Position numbers and translations under genes: made by a program
Shown: positions 39,671 to 50,124 of the stretch, piece by piece
Layout: every line of letters begins with the position of its first letter
Numbering within the stretch: position 1 is the stretch's first letter
Notes under the pieces: generated by a model
What the model was told of the DNA's origin: nothing
The model's input: the letters and a program-made list of their open reading frames with translations, nothing else
Databases searched by the model: none
Virus record (IMG/VR): IMGVR_UViG_3300033067_000504
Coordinates: 31,203 to 95,202 of that record
DNA length: 64,000 bases
Reading direction: 5' to 3' (one strand)
Source of the DNA: a virus
Lineage: Duplodnaviria > Heunggongvirae > Uroviricota > Caudoviricetes

Positions 39671-40834
39671 TTAATCTACTTCATAAGACTTAAGAGTTTT
39701 AGCTTGTTCTGCTTTATCTTCCTGAATCCTATTCTTTTTAAATCCTTCTTGCTCCTTTTGAAGTCTGAGTTTCAATTTTGTTGCTACTACTGTTTCAGCT
39801 TTTTGCTGTATGATCTTTGAAAGATCTCCATTCTTAAACTGAAAGTACTGGAACTGTAATGCTTTAGCAATATTAGCAGAATCCAGAGGAGTAGCTAGTT
39901 CATATTTATCTCCTACTTTCCTAACATTCTTTAGAACATATTCTCTAAACTGAGAAGCTTCATTCCTGTCAGCTATTTTGAAGCTACCAAGTTGCCTTGT
40001 TTCTATTGCTTCATCTACAGCTCCTACAAGAATTTGATCCCTCTTTTTTGCTTCTTTAGCCTTTTCTTCCTGGCCTTTAAGAATAGAGTTTCTCTGTTCT
40101 TCCTGTTCAGCTTTTAATTCGTCTAGTGCGGCTTTAGCTTCTTTAACTATTCCGCCATCAGACTCCTCATCAGCTTCTATCATCTTAGCTATTCTAGCTT
40201 CATTCTTTACACCTTTAGACTTGTAGTACTCTTTAAGGATTTCCTTAGCTAGTACTTCATCTTCATCAGCAATAGTTACTTTTGAGTAATCTCTTGATAA
40301 TGTTTGTGCAAATAGTTCTGCTGGATCTCCACCATTGTTAGCATGTTTTAAAGCTTTAAACACCATAGGGTATTTGTCTTCTATTTCTGCCAACCAATCG
40401 TCGAGTACAGCTTCTTTTAAAGCTATTTCCCTAATTGCCACTCCTTGTGGAGACAATGGATCAGTATCACCATAGTCTATGTCAAGTTCATGACCTGTTA
40501 GTTTTTCAACCTCTGCAAAGAACGTTTCTGCATCTGCAGTTTCTTCTTGTTCCTCAGTTTCAACTTCTTTAACCTTTTCAGCAGCTTTGGTTTTATCCTC
40601 TGCTTCTTCCTCCTCTTCTTCTTTAGGTTCTTCAGTCTTAACTTTTTTCTCTTCTACCTTCTTTTCAGCTTTCTGCTTCTTTTCAGGTTTTACTTTCTTT
40701 TCTTCCTGCTCCTCCTCTTCTTCCTTTTCTACCTCGTCCTCTACTTCTTTTTCTGTTTCCTTTTCAGTGTCAACAGCAAGTAAATTTTCTTCGGTAAAAT
40801 CGTCAAAGCTAGCAGCTTTTTGACTTTTAGCCAT
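39671..40834 (-). CDS. acidic Glu/Lys-rich coiled-coil protein, 387 aa (scaffolding-like)
   Basis: Long EEEEKK / EEEEEEAEDK low-complexity N-terminal region immediately upstream of the MCP candidate. Confidence 0.45.
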   Translation of the reverse strand: MAKSQKAASFDDFTEENLLAVDTEKETEKEVEDEVEKEEEEEQEEKKVKPEKKQKAEKKVEEKKVKTEEPKEEEEEEAEDKTKAAEKVKEVETEEQEETADAETFFAEVEKLTGHELDIDYGDTDPLSPQGVAIREIALKEAVLDDWLAEIEDKYPMVFKALKHANNGGDPAELFAQTLSRDYSKVTIADEDEVLAKEILKEYYKSKGVKNEARIAKMIEADEESDGGIVKEAKAALDELKAEQEEQRNSILKGQEEKAKEAKKRDQILVGAVDEAIETRQLGSFKIADRNEASQFREYVLKNVRKVGDKYELATPLDSANIAKALQFQYFQFKNGDLSKIIQQKAETVVATKLKLRLQKEQEGFKKNRIQEDKAEQAKTLKSYEVD

Positions 40835-40918
40835 AGTTTAATTAGTTTAGTTGTTCAAATATACCCTAATGTTTAGTTACTTACCAAATTCGTTAAGCTT
40901 TTGAGCTGTTACCATAGT

Positions 40919-41122
40919 CTATTCAGCTTTTTGCTTATTTTTCTTTATGAATTTACGTTCCAACCACGGTTTTATTACCGCATTAAAGAACCAACCAGCA
41001 AAGGCACCAAGTATGCCAAGAAGGAATACACCCAATGCTTGGAATATAATTGAACCTATACTAGTTGCCGTAACTGTTCCAAGTATAACTGATAGTACTT
41101 CTGTTGATCTTGTCTGACTCAT
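40919..41122 (-). CDS. small two-TM membrane protein, 67 aa
   Basis: Two hydrophobic helices followed by a basic tail KKNKQKAE. Confidence 0.35.
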   Translation of the reverse strand: MSQTRSTEVLSVILGTVTATSIGSIIFQALGVFLLGILGAFAGWFFNAVIKPWLERKFIKKNKQKAE

Positions 41123-41127
41123 CTTGA

Positions 41128-43515
41128 TTATTTTTTAGATTTTGCTTTATTTCTTTCTCCTACTACTTTGTTTTTTAGTGCTGTTGCATTTGCTTTATCT
41201 GCTATACGTTCTCTAACTGTCAGCTCGTGCTGTTTCAGGTCTAGTTCTCTATCTTTCTGTCTGGCTTTTACTGCAGCTTCTCTTTCCTTAAGACCTATTT
41301 CTCTCTTCTTGTTTTGGTCGTCAAGAGATACTTTTTGAGCAGCTGAAGGATCAATAACAGGATCAGGATTTTGATCCATACCTGATTGTTTAAGGATTTC
41401 GAGATCCTCCTCCCTGTCATACTGTACATGTATTTGTCTTTCTTTTAGGTAGCCATCAAGTTCAGCAAAAGACTGTTTGATCATTTCTATTCTCTGTTCA
41501 TGTTCTTGCTCATTCTGAGTGGCAGCTTGTTGAGCCTCAATTGATCTTTGTTCAGCTTCTTTAAGTAATGATCTAAGTTTAGACAAGGATTGAGCTTGTA
41601 CTACATCTACTATGGTAGAGGGGCTTGAACCATTTTGTGCAAATGATTGCACCTGTTGTCTAACCATTTCCAGGTTCTGCAGATCTCTTGGTGATCTTGA
41701 TATATCCACTCCAAAATCTGTTTCAATGTACTGTGCTGGTTCTATCTGTAATAACGATGTTCTCATGTCATCACCTTGATGAACAGCTTGAAAGCCATCA
41801 ACCCAAGCTAACTTAGATACATCTAATAAACCCTGTAGTTCAGCTCTTACAAATTCTTCAAATCTTGAAAATACTTTTTCAGATATTACTGCAGATTGAG
41901 ATACAGCTGTCTGTGTTCCCCTAACAGTATCAGAGGATTTTACATCACCTTTACGTTGTCTGGTTATACCAAGTACTTCATCCCACTCTTTCTTAACATA
42001 CTCCATTAATTCAATAAGGCTGGTGATATGTTGGTATAATCCCATATCAAGAACTCCGTATTGATTAGTTACTGTTCTATCAGTACCTGGCTGATTAGTG
42101 TCTACCAGTGCAAAGCCGTTAGCTTCCGCCCAGTAGAAAAACTTCTCCTCATCCCAACCATCCTTCTTAGGGATAAGGTTTTTATTAAGGAGCATGATCT
42201 TACCTTTAGATTTGGCAATAGTCTTCTCAAGATTAAAGTGAAGTATTCTATGTAGTGTTTCATAAGGTAATCCCATTTCAACTATTGACACGTTTTGAGC
42301 ATGTCTGTCTGAAAACCTTTTACCGTTGTAAGGTAGTTTGCACTCAGACAAGTTATTTACTGTGTTTCTTTGGCTAGGAACTGGTCTAATACCAAAGTAT
42401 AAGTTGTTGGATACTCTATATCCTTCCCATACCTGGTTTACCCAATACCACTCTACTGATTCTCCTTTTGATTTATCTACCTTGTATTGTTCTGGTACTT
42501 CCATCTTTTCCATTTCTCCCATTTCATTAGGATAGGTTAGAATACCAACCTTTATAAGATACTTCCACACAACGTGGTAAACTATTACTTTTGATCTACG
42601 TAGATCCTTGTCGTCACGTATTGCTGATTGCATTCCAGTTCCAACAGCTCTTAGAGTTAAGTGACCATTCTCGTCTTCGATAAGGTCCATCTCATCTTCT
42701 TTAAGCTCAGAGTAGAATCTATCAAAAACATCTGCAGGTGTAAGGTACATCCTACGAGTAGCCCATTGACCATCCTCTATATATTCTGTATCTGGTGATT
42801 TATCATAGTCAATGTCTAGAGGTGATACTACCTCATAAATCATTTTATCACCAATAAGTCCTTTGTAGGTAAAGCATTCACCAGCTATCATCCAGTCGTG
42901 GAAAAGTCTTTTAAACTTTTCTTCTAGTCTTTGTCTATCTATGATGATGTCCAGAGCGGCCTCACCCATTATAGCTCTTTGGTCTCTGTAGTTTGACAGT
43001 GTTTTCTGTTTTACCTTTTCAGGAGTTTCAACAGGTTGGCTAGGTTGACCAGTATCTACACCCTTTTCATTAAGGGCATTAATTAGTTGTTGTTGTAGTG
43101 TCTGCAGCACTTCCTTATAAACAGCATCCTGCATGTGATTAGCAGCATCTGCGTTATGTACTTTAACTGCAAAAGCAAAAGGTCTTTTTTCATATTCTCC
43201 CTCCAATAGATCTATGTTGGGACGAATAATTGTGTAAGGTCTTAATCTTGCTGGCCAATTAGTGTAATCAGCATTAGAAGAGTTAAGAGGGTTTACTACA
43301 TATCTAAAGTAGGAATCTGGAAGTCTGTTGTTATAAGCTTCGTAGAATATCCTTACATCTCGTACTGTTGGGTTTACTATTTCATCTACAAAGGTACAAG
43401 CTGAGATGTAATGATCCATCACACTCTTTGTATGTTCAAAGTTATTAGCTCTCTTTATTGAATCAGAGACACGTAGCTTTGGTACTCTAGTTGTTTTACT
43501 TTTTACTTGTGCCAT
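41128..43515 (-). CDS. portal protein candidate, 795 aa
   Basis: Large ORF immediately downstream of, and translationally coupled to, the TerL candidate; its C-terminal region is charged coiled-coil, as in crAss-like portals. Confidence 0.5.
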   Translation of the reverse strand: MAQVKSKTTRVPKLRVSDSIKRANNFEHTKSVMDHYISACTFVDEIVNPTVRDVRIFYEAYNNRLPDSYFRYVVNPLNSSNADYTNWPARLRPYTIIRPNIDLLEGEYEKRPFAFAVKVHNADAANHMQDAVYKEVLQTLQQQLINALNEKGVDTGQPSQPVETPEKVKQKTLSNYRDQRAIMGEAALDIIIDRQRLEEKFKRLFHDWMIAGECFTYKGLIGDKMIYEVVSPLDIDYDKSPDTEYIEDGQWATRRMYLTPADVFDRFYSELKEDEMDLIEDENGHLTLRAVGTGMQSAIRDDKDLRRSKVIVYHVVWKYLIKVGILTYPNEMGEMEKMEVPEQYKVDKSKGESVEWYWVNQVWEGYRVSNNLYFGIRPVPSQRNTVNNLSECKLPYNGKRFSDRHAQNVSIVEMGLPYETLHRILHFNLEKTIAKSKGKIMLLNKNLIPKKDGWDEEKFFYWAEANGFALVDTNQPGTDRTVTNQYGVLDMGLYQHITSLIELMEYVKKEWDEVLGITRQRKGDVKSSDTVRGTQTAVSQSAVISEKVFSRFEEFVRAELQGLLDVSKLAWVDGFQAVHQGDDMRTSLLQIEPAQYIETDFGVDISRSPRDLQNLEMVRQQVQSFAQNGSSPSTIVDVVQAQSLSKLRSLLKEAEQRSIEAQQAATQNEQEHEQRIEMIKQSFAELDGYLKERQIHVQYDREEDLEILKQSGMDQNPDPVIDPSAAQKVSLDDQNKKREIGLKEREAAVKARQKDRELDLKQHELTVRERIADKANATALKNKVVGERNKAKSKK

Positions 43516-43516
43516 G

Positions 43517-45709
43517 TTACATTATTAAATCATTATTTGCACCATCTGGTATCATTTCTCTTCTGGATAACATATAGTTTCCTCTCGACTCCTCATCTGA
43601 ATACAGTGGTCTGTTAAATATATGATCTTTGTTTCGTTTAGTTTGTAGTTCTACCTGTTGTAATTCAGCTTCCTGTATTACCATCATTAATACTAGTAAG
43701 CATGAAATTCTGTCAAAGTTACCATCTGGACGGAACTTTATCAACTCCTGGAGTAGTGCTCTATCGTATATCCTGTCTAAGTTAAGAACATATTGAGTTT
43801 CATTACCAACTATTTTCATAGCTCTTTCTTTTAGGAGCCAGTCAGTAGCTTTTTGGAGTAATTCTGGTTTGTTGGATTCTTCTATCCTTACAAAAAACTG
43901 CCTTCCAGACATTTTCTTGAATTCCTTATCGTGGTTAAATACGGTAGGCCTTTCCCCACAATACTCTAAAAAGTTATGGTCTTTTGCGTAGTTTAGTAGT
44001 TCCTGTCCTCCACCCTTTATTTCAGTGTGCACTATGGCATTGTAGAACCTTGCAGCAAGGAATACGTTTCTATGGAAGTCCCTTACTCTAGGTGGTCTTC
44101 CTGCATACCAAGCCACAAGAATATCATCCTCTGTAGGGAACATGTTGTTTATCTTTTTGTAGACATAGTAGGTTCCTAATGAAACCCAGTCTGTGGCTTG
44201 ATCTGTATCAACAGCAAAACAGTCAGCAACAATGTAGTATAAGCTACTTGGAACTTTACCAAACTCATCCTTTAATGGTGCTTCAAACATTGTAAATGCA
44301 CCATTAAGTACTGTTTCTGTCTTGTGAGGATATTGATCTACAGGCTCTAGTTTGGGGTTAAGTTTAAACCTTACAGCCCCCTCGTCTATTTCTAATTCCC
44401 CAACCTTTAATACCCCCTTTACATCTGGTGTATTGTCTACGTACTGTAGTTGTTTTTGTAGTTGTCCTACAGGGAATGGGTTGTTGTTAAGACGCATTAA
44501 TGCTTCAGAGGGGGTAAATGGTTGTTCTGAAACACGTTTATCAAGTAAGGCTTGAGATCTCTTGGAAAGCTTTTCTCTTTCTTCTTCTCTGAATGCTTTA
44601 GCTTTAGCAAAGTCAGTATTACCCCACTTGTCCATGAACTTAGTCATGTTAGCCCAAGAAGGAAAAAAGAACCCATGATCCTTTGGTAGTGGAGCTTCTT
44701 CCCAACAGTTTTCAAATGGTAGGCACTCGTATGCTTCAGGATTAAGGAAGATCTCTTCAAGACCTGCTATACCTGGCCCTTGCTCTCCTCCAGTACCCCA
44801 CACACACATCATTGCAAACTTAACACCACCTTGTTCAGCCAAGTCTTTAGCTGTCATCCAAGCATCTACAAGGTTAGGAAAAGAACCACCCTCCTCAAAG
44901 TTTACATAACCACGAGCACCTCGAAGTTTACGTGGATGATCAACTACTGCTCCCTGTATCTCTCCACCAGTTTTCTTTTCAGAACCAGTCTCAGGATTAA
45001 AATAAGAAGCTCTCTTGTGTAGGTCTTGATCTTTATATTGACGTAAGTGTTTAAATGCTCTTTCAGTTTGTTCGTTATGAAAGTTAATCTGATCCCATGC
45101 TTTAGAAAGCACACCATCCTTGTTAAGGTATCTTTCAATAGCTACAAAGAAGAATACAGGATCTTCAGTTTGGAAGGTATATTCGTGTACTCCAAATGAA
45201 GATAGTAATTCAGAGAAACCAGTATCACGAGGTTTTAGTACTGATAGATTTAAGCCTTCTTCTTTTGCCAGTTGATAGTCTTTACTAAAGAAGTAGTGTA
45301 TAGGCCAGAACCTAGGGAACGTAGTAATACGTTTTGCCGACTTCTTTTTCTTATCCCCCTCAGCAATAACTTTCATTTGCTTATAGTTGAGGAAGTGGTA
45401 GTACTTACCAGGTATCCATAACTTGGTTATAGGATTTTCATATCCTTCTATACAACGTTCTTTCTCTCTTCCCCAGAATATGTTGTACTTTTTAGAATTA
45501 AATACCTCACCACAGTACTTACCTTCTTTCATGAACTTATTAGCTGCTGGACTAAATAGTTCAGTATGCTCAAAAAACGAATTAAGGAGTAAGTCCTTGT
45601 TGAACTTACCCCTTACTTTTTGAACTTCTTTTGCTATGTCTTGTATTTGAAATGTTTCAATCATCTTCGTCCTCTTCTGATATTTTACCTGGTGCCTTCT
45701 CAGCACCAT
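43517..45709 (-). CDS. terL: terminase large subunit candidate, 730 aa
   Basis: Size, position at the head of the packaging/structural block, and acidic-residue motifs in the C-terminal half (IVADCFAVDTDQATDW) resemble an RNase H-like nuclease domain. The N-terminal ATPase motif is divergent. Confidence 0.55.
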   Translation of the reverse strand: MVLRRHQVKYQKRTKMIETFQIQDIAKEVQKVRGKFNKDLLLNSFFEHTELFSPAANKFMKEGKYCGEVFNSKKYNIFWGREKERCIEGYENPITKLWIPGKYYHFLNYKQMKVIAEGDKKKKSAKRITTFPRFWPIHYFFSKDYQLAKEEGLNLSVLKPRDTGFSELLSSFGVHEYTFQTEDPVFFFVAIERYLNKDGVLSKAWDQINFHNEQTERAFKHLRQYKDQDLHKRASYFNPETGSEKKTGGEIQGAVVDHPRKLRGARGYVNFEEGGSFPNLVDAWMTAKDLAEQGGVKFAMMCVWGTGGEQGPGIAGLEEIFLNPEAYECLPFENCWEEAPLPKDHGFFFPSWANMTKFMDKWGNTDFAKAKAFREEEREKLSKRSQALLDKRVSEQPFTPSEALMRLNNNPFPVGQLQKQLQYVDNTPDVKGVLKVGELEIDEGAVRFKLNPKLEPVDQYPHKTETVLNGAFTMFEAPLKDEFGKVPSSLYYIVADCFAVDTDQATDWVSLGTYYVYKKINNMFPTEDDILVAWYAGRPPRVRDFHRNVFLAARFYNAIVHTEIKGGGQELLNYAKDHNFLEYCGERPTVFNHDKEFKKMSGRQFFVRIEESNKPELLQKATDWLLKERAMKIVGNETQYVLNLDRIYDRALLQELIKFRPDGNFDRISCLLVLMMVIQEAELQQVELQTKRNKDHIFNRPLYSDEESRGNYMLSRREMIPDGANNDLIM

Positions 45710-46274
45710 CCTTCATCCAACCTATTTCATGATCTCCTTTAGATCTTGGAGTACCAACTAATCCAAGGTTAACTTGTTGTTCAAGTTCTTGTATTGTTTG
45801 TGCCATTCCTGGTAGTTGTCTGAGTGTAGTCATTACTTTAGCTGGATCATGTACTACACCACCAGAGGAGTTACGCTCATTGAGATCTATACTATTCAGA
45901 TGAGCTTCAAACTTCTCTAAAAAGTTTTCAACAGTTGAAAGTAGTCTTCCAGTTTTAGACTTAGTTCCTTTAATAAACTTAGGTATTAGTAGTTTGAGTT
46001 GTGTAGACTCTTCCCAGTCTGCAGGAAACTTACAGTCCTTTCTAGCCTCCTCTAGTCTCTCCTTACTTGAGTAGTCTCTGTAAGGGGATTTAGTAGAATA
46101 TGCGAGACAAAGATATTTTATTTCCTCTTTTGCTCGTTTCTTAAATCTGCCTTGGGCATCTCCTTCTTTCTTGTTGTACTCTAAAGTAAGTAGAGCTTGT
46201 ACCTCAGGAACTAATTTTACCTCCTCAGTTACAAACTCTACCTCACCCTCGTCGTTTATTTTGAACCACTCCAT
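45657..46274 (-). CDS. hypothetical protein, 205 aa
   Basis: ORF overlapping the terL start by 53 nt. Confidence 0.4.
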   Translation of the reverse strand: MEWFKINDEGEVEFVTEEVKLVPEVQALLTLEYNKKEGDAQGRFKKRAKEEIKYLCLAYSTKSPYRDYSSKERLEEARKDCKFPADWEESTQLKLLIPKFIKGTKSKTGRLLSTVENFLEKFEAHLNSIDLNERNSSGGVVHDPAKVMTTLRQLPGMAQTIQELEQQVNLGLVGTPRSKGDHEIGWMKDGAEKAPGKISEEDEDD

Positions 46275-46277
46275 TAT

Positions 46278-46691
46278 TTACTCTTCTCCGTAAGGTTTAT
46301 ACAATGGGTATTTGTTTCTAAAGGCTGTCCACCGTTTAATCATTTCTTCAAAGTCCCCAAGTACTAATATCTCATTATTTTTACCTGCTAATAATATTGT
46401 ATGTTTTGGACCTTTAAAGGCAGTCCAATCATCAGGATAAGCATACTCACCTACTGCCCTGACATCCTCCCAACCAAAGGATAGTCTAAATCCATATTCT
46501 TTAGCTGATACTTGTACTTCTGGAGCACTTCTAAGCTCACCAGTTATTAGCTCACTGGAGTCAGGCTCCTGCTGTCTTTGTACAGCTTCCGCAACAGGTA
46601 CTCTAAATACTTCTGTAACTATTAATGGGTTGTTAAAGTTTTCTTCCTGTTCAAATTCTTCTTTCATAGTTTTTGTTTCTTGTCCTGCCAA
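46278..46691 (-). CDS. hypothetical protein, 137 aa
   Basis: ORF. Confidence 0.4.
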   Translation of the reverse strand: MAGQETKTMKEEFEQEENFNNPLIVTEVFRVPVAEAVQRQQEPDSSELITGELRSAPEVQVSAKEYGFRLSFGWEDVRAVGEYAYPDDWTAFKGPKHTILLAGKNNEILVLGDFEEMIKRWTAFRNKYPLYKPYGEE

Positions 46692-46969
46692 GAGTTTAGT
46701 TTTATTCTACCAGTTCTTACATCCTTCTTAAATCTTTCAGCTTGATCTGGAGTCATTCCCTCAAGATACTGTAACATTTGTATCTCTTTGGGTTTGGATT
46801 TGAATACTCCAAGATAAGGCCATCTTATGCAATCAAAGCTATTAGATTCAATAATGATTCTAGTATATTCTGATTGAGTAGTAATTATGTTTCTAACTAC
46901 TTCTACAGTAAGCCCAAGTTCATGAGCTACCTCCTTTATGATAAAATCGTTACAGAATATCCGTTCCAT
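46664..46969 (-). CDS. hypothetical protein, 101 aa
   Basis: ORF. Confidence 0.35.
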   Translation of the reverse strand: MERIFCNDFIIKEVAHELGLTVEVVRNIITTQSEYTRIIIESNSFDCIRWPYLGVFKSKPKEIQMLQYLEGMTPDQAERFKKDVRTGRIKLNSWQDKKQKL

Positions 46970-47238
46970 TATACTGTGAACTCATTTAAAGTTCTGTCTA
47001 TAAATTGTTTTTGTGTATTTAGTCTTGCTAGTATAACCTCTCTTACCTCAGGGGACAGCTCTTCAATTATTGTTTGTATTCTCCAGAGTAGCTCGCCACT
47101 ACTAAACTTTTCTTTTGTAGTATTACCCAATGTTAATTCTCTAAGAACTATATCCTTTGTGAATACACCCTCCCCTGTATTTTGTGTAACACAAGTAACA
47201 ATATTGTTATTTACTCTTTTAAACCAGATTTGTTCCAT
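46969..47238 (-). CDS. hypothetical protein, 89 aa
   Basis: ORF. Confidence 0.35.
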   Translation of the reverse strand: MEQIWFKRVNNNIVTCVTQNTGEGVFTKDIVLRELTLGNTTKEKFSSGELLWRIQTIIEELSPEVREVILARLNTQKQFIDRTLNEFTV

Positions 47239-47539
47239 CTATTGTTATTTTTTGTTTGAAGAATAAAGGATGAAGTTTGTCCTCTTTGGTTATTACTCCC
47301 TTGTTCTTAAACTTGTTTATGTAATTAGCTGTTACCTGCAAACTTTGGTTTAACTGATTAGATACCTCTATTCTTAATTCTTTAGTGATATAGTTATCTC
47401 CTGCAGTTGCCAAGATTACAGCAATAACAGTACACTCCTTAGGGCTTAGGCCATTAGGATTGTCCTTGGTGATAAAAAGCCCTGAGAGGGATCTTACGAA
47501 CCCTCCCAAGGATTTAGGTTTAATCAGTTGTTCAGTCAT
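47219..47539 (-). CDS. hypothetical protein, 106 aa
   Basis: ORF. Confidence 0.35.
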   Translation of the reverse strand: MTEQLIKPKSLGGFVRSLSGLFITKDNPNGLSPKECTVIAVILATAGDNYITKELRIEVSNQLNQSLQVTANYINKFKNKGVITKEDKLHPLFFKQKITIDGTNLV

Positions 47540-47784
47540 TAGCCTTCTACTACTGGTGTAGTGTCTTGAATTACTTCTTCTGTGAAATCAATGTAGTATG
47601 CTCTACCAGGGATAAACAGTGCTGCAGTATCCTTGTTAATCATACCTAGTTCTATTTTACCAGTTGGTGTCCATTTAAAGAAGTTCTTATTTTCTTCGCT
47701 ACCTGTCATTACTGGTTGTAGTGTTACAGCTGCACCCTCGGCATAGTTGATAACACTGTGTACAATGAATTTTGCTCTTACCAT
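47539..47784 (-). CDS. hypothetical protein, 81 aa
   Basis: ORF with ATGA-type coupling to the upstream gene. Confidence 0.35.
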   Translation of the reverse strand: MVRAKFIVHSVINYAEGAAVTLQPVMTGSEENKNFFKWTPTGKIELGMINKDTAALFIPGRAYYIDFTEEVIQDTTPVVEG

Positions 47785-47807
47785 TTTATTGTTTAGTTTA
47801 GTTTAGT

Positions 47808-48383
47808 TTATAATCCTTCTTTCTTACGTTCTTCAGCCAACCATTGTTTATAATCTTCATCTGCCTTGGTTAGTGGTGCTGGCATTTGACTTGTTATTTC
47901 TATGCTGGGCTTTTGCAGTTCCAATTGTTTTTCAGCGTCCTCTCGTTGCTTAAGTCTACGCAGCAATTCAGCATACTCCACTCCTGCAGCAGCTAATCTA
48001 GCTAGAGCATTAACGAATAATTGTTCTTTCCATCTAGCTCTTGGATTTACTCTTTCTTTAATGTTTTTGAAGATATAGTACTCCTGGTGGATGAGTGTTG
48101 ATGACCATCCATCTTCCTCCTTTTGTCCTTCTACCCTATCTCTTGAATGTCTATCCAGTCTTAGATAGGCCACATCTTTATTACCTTCTGGGGTAGCTAC
48201 CTTGTGAACAGTTATTGTAAGGATAAACTGTGACTCTGACTTATCATTGTCTTTGTTTATGTTATCCTGATAACCCTGTATGATTGATCTTAGAAGTTGT
48301 TCAGAGAATGAACTACCCTTAGGTATTTCAAATACTTCTCCTACTTCTATTTCTCCCACCTTATCTTTTTGATTTTCTTGCAT
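47808..48383 (-). CDS. hypothetical protein, 191 aa
   Basis: ORF. Confidence 0.4.
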   Translation of the reverse strand: MQENQKDKVGEIEVGEVFEIPKGSSFSEQLLRSIIQGYQDNINKDNDKSESQFILTITVHKVATPEGNKDVAYLRLDRHSRDRVEGQKEEDGWSSTLIHQEYYIFKNIKERVNPRARWKEQLFVNALARLAAAGVEYAELLRRLKQREDAEKQLELQKPSIEITSQMPAPLTKADEDYKQWLAEERKKEGL

Positions 48384-48714
48384 AGTTAGTTGGTCTTTTT
48401 CTCCTTCTGGAGTGTCTTAGTTGTTTAGCTTGACTTCTGTTACCCCCCTTGTGAGGATGCCACTGGAAAGTGGATGAGCTTAGTTTGTTTAATCTTAATA
48501 GTTTAATCTCACCTTCCATAGCTTGCCTTTCAGCTTTGCTTACTGCTATGGCATCCTTTAGGGCAGCTTTTTCTTCTTCAGTTTTAGCAGCTACTATCCT
48601 TTCTACCATATCCTCGTTAGACTTGGTTATGGCTAGTTTTAACTCACGAATTTTTTGTTTTCTAAGGTCTATACTTTTCATGCTTCTATTTTTACTGAAG
48701 TCCATGCACCACAA
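48361..48714 (-). CDS. basic coiled-coil protein, 117 aa
   Basis: ORF with a C-terminal Arg/Lys-rich tail. Confidence 0.35.
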   Translation of the reverse strand: MWCMDFSKNRSMKSIDLRKQKIRELKLAITKSNEDMVERIVAAKTEEEKAALKDAIAVSKAERQAMEGEIKLLRLNKLSSSTFQWHPHKGGNRSQAKQLRHSRRRKRPTNYARKSKR

Positions 48715-49403
48715 TCTTTACACTGACACTTTCTTTTCTTTACTCCTGCTGCTGTAATGCTGTAACCACGATTTATAAGGTTTATACTTCCACATTTGTT
48801 ACAACCATGTTTATCCATATCCATGTAATTTGTAATTACTGGGTGGTTTTTCATGTATGGTCTTAATCTTAGGTATACCTTTTCTAAGACTTCTACATCA
48901 CCTATGTTGTACTCCACCATTTTAGGTACAGAGGAAATATCTCCTTTAGCTATCTCTAGCCACATACCCTGATCATGACTTACCTTACCCTCACCAAATA
49001 GAAACTTACCAAGGTAGTCAAGTCTATTTGATGTAAATTGTGCAATCTTCTTTACCTCTTTTAGCGTGTCTACTGTGGCAATGTGAGGAAGAGGATCTAA
49101 ACCATGATAGATAAGTCTGGCATTAAGTTTCTTTAAATCAAACTTATCACCATTATGGTGTACTATAATGTCTGCGTCTATTAAAGCTTCTCTCAATGTT
49201 TTGCAAACCTGCTTGTCATCTTTATTCTTTGAAATTTGTACTGACTTTGTTTCCTTACCAAGTTCCTTCCATGCTCCACAGATTATAAACCAGTCCTGCA
49301 GTATTCCATCATGGGGTATTCTATCTGGGTAGAGACTAAATGTTGTTGTTATCATTAGGGAAGTCTCTATATCCCAGAGAATAATTTTTGGTTGTTTACT
49401 CAT
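48678..49403 (-). CDS. DEDD-type 3'-5' exonuclease-like protein with a C-terminal Cys4 finger, 241 aa
   Basis: ILWDIETS (an Exo I-like D-x-E motif) near the N-terminus; C-terminal CNKCG...CQCKDCG. Confidence 0.4.
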   Translation of the reverse strand: MSKQPKIILWDIETSLMITTTFSLYPDRIPHDGILQDWFIICGAWKELGKETKSVQISKNKDDKQVCKTLREALIDADIIVHHNGDKFDLKKLNARLIYHGLDPLPHIATVDTLKEVKKIAQFTSNRLDYLGKFLFGEGKVSHDQGMWLEIAKGDISSVPKMVEYNIGDVEVLEKVYLRLRPYMKNHPVITNYMDMDKHGCNKCGSINLINRGYSITAAGVKKRKCQCKDCGAWTSVKIEA

Positions 49404-49671
49404 TTTCTTTTATTAAGATTAAACTATTGAAGAAGTTCTTTTTGGGGATGACTATTTCATTAGGTTCAATTGAAATATGAGCCTGTTGTTTTATAAGGTC
49501 ATTGAGAATTTTTTTATACTCTTCCATTCCAGCTTGACCTGTGTGTAGCATATACATACCTGAACTTGTGCCCGAAGATGCAGTAGTAAAGGTTGCATCG
49601 TATATTGTATTGAATGCCGCTGCCGCTTGTGTCATAAGGTCTAATTGTGCTATTTGTTCCTCTTCTGTCAT
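49396..49671 (-). CDS. hypothetical protein, 91 aa
   Basis: ORF. Confidence 0.35.
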   Translation of the reverse strand: MTEEEQIAQLDLMTQAAAAFNTIYDATFTTASSGTSSGMYMLHTGQAGMEEYKKILNDLIKQQAHISIEPNEIVIPKKNFFNSLILIKENE

Positions 49672-50066
49672 TTTGTTTGTATGCTATTTATCATTTGTAG
49701 AAAGATTTCTTCTGGAGTATCTAGCTTCATTAAGTTAATTGCTGTACATACTAGCTGTACATTTTCTTTTGTATAACCTTTTTTTGAATCTTTTCTGTCA
49801 ATTGATAACGAGTAGTATTTATTATTACTGTTAAACTTTATGCCTGTATAAATACAGCGACTATCCTGCTTAACTAGTAGTTCTCTTAAGTAATCTAAGT
49901 CTATATCAAAATCTAGATGCTTTTTAACACTTCTTTTCTTTGCTGAGTTTAGTCTTAAGTCTAATATTTTACAAGTTCTACATTTAGTTTTTACTCCTGT
50001 ATCAAACTTGATTGGATCATCTTCACCACAAATACCACATTCTTGTTTGGCCTTTCTCCAATTCAT
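49668..50066 (-). CDS. HNH endonuclease, 132 aa
   Basis: N-terminal Cys cluster (CGICG...CRTC) and SIDRKDSKKGYTKENVQLVCTAINLMK, which matches the HNH core (His/Asp...N...N). Confidence 0.55.
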   Translation of the reverse strand: MNWRKAKQECGICGEDDPIKFDTGVKTKCRTCKILDLRLNSAKKRSVKKHLDFDIDLDYLRELLVKQDSRCIYTGIKFNSNNKYYSLSIDRKDSKKGYTKENVQLVCTAINLMKLDTPEEIFLQMINSIQTK

Positions 50067-50124
50067 GCTTCAAATATAAAACTAGTTTATTAGATCTCCA
50101 AATATTTTTTGTGTTTTATTTTAG

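Noticed and set aside
40547-40823. Two plus-strand ORFs (FLFL... and SSSS... rich) within the scaffold-like gene
   Set aside because: Antisense translation of the Glu/Lys codon repeats (GAA/GAG/AAA gives TTC/CTC/TTT); not genes.
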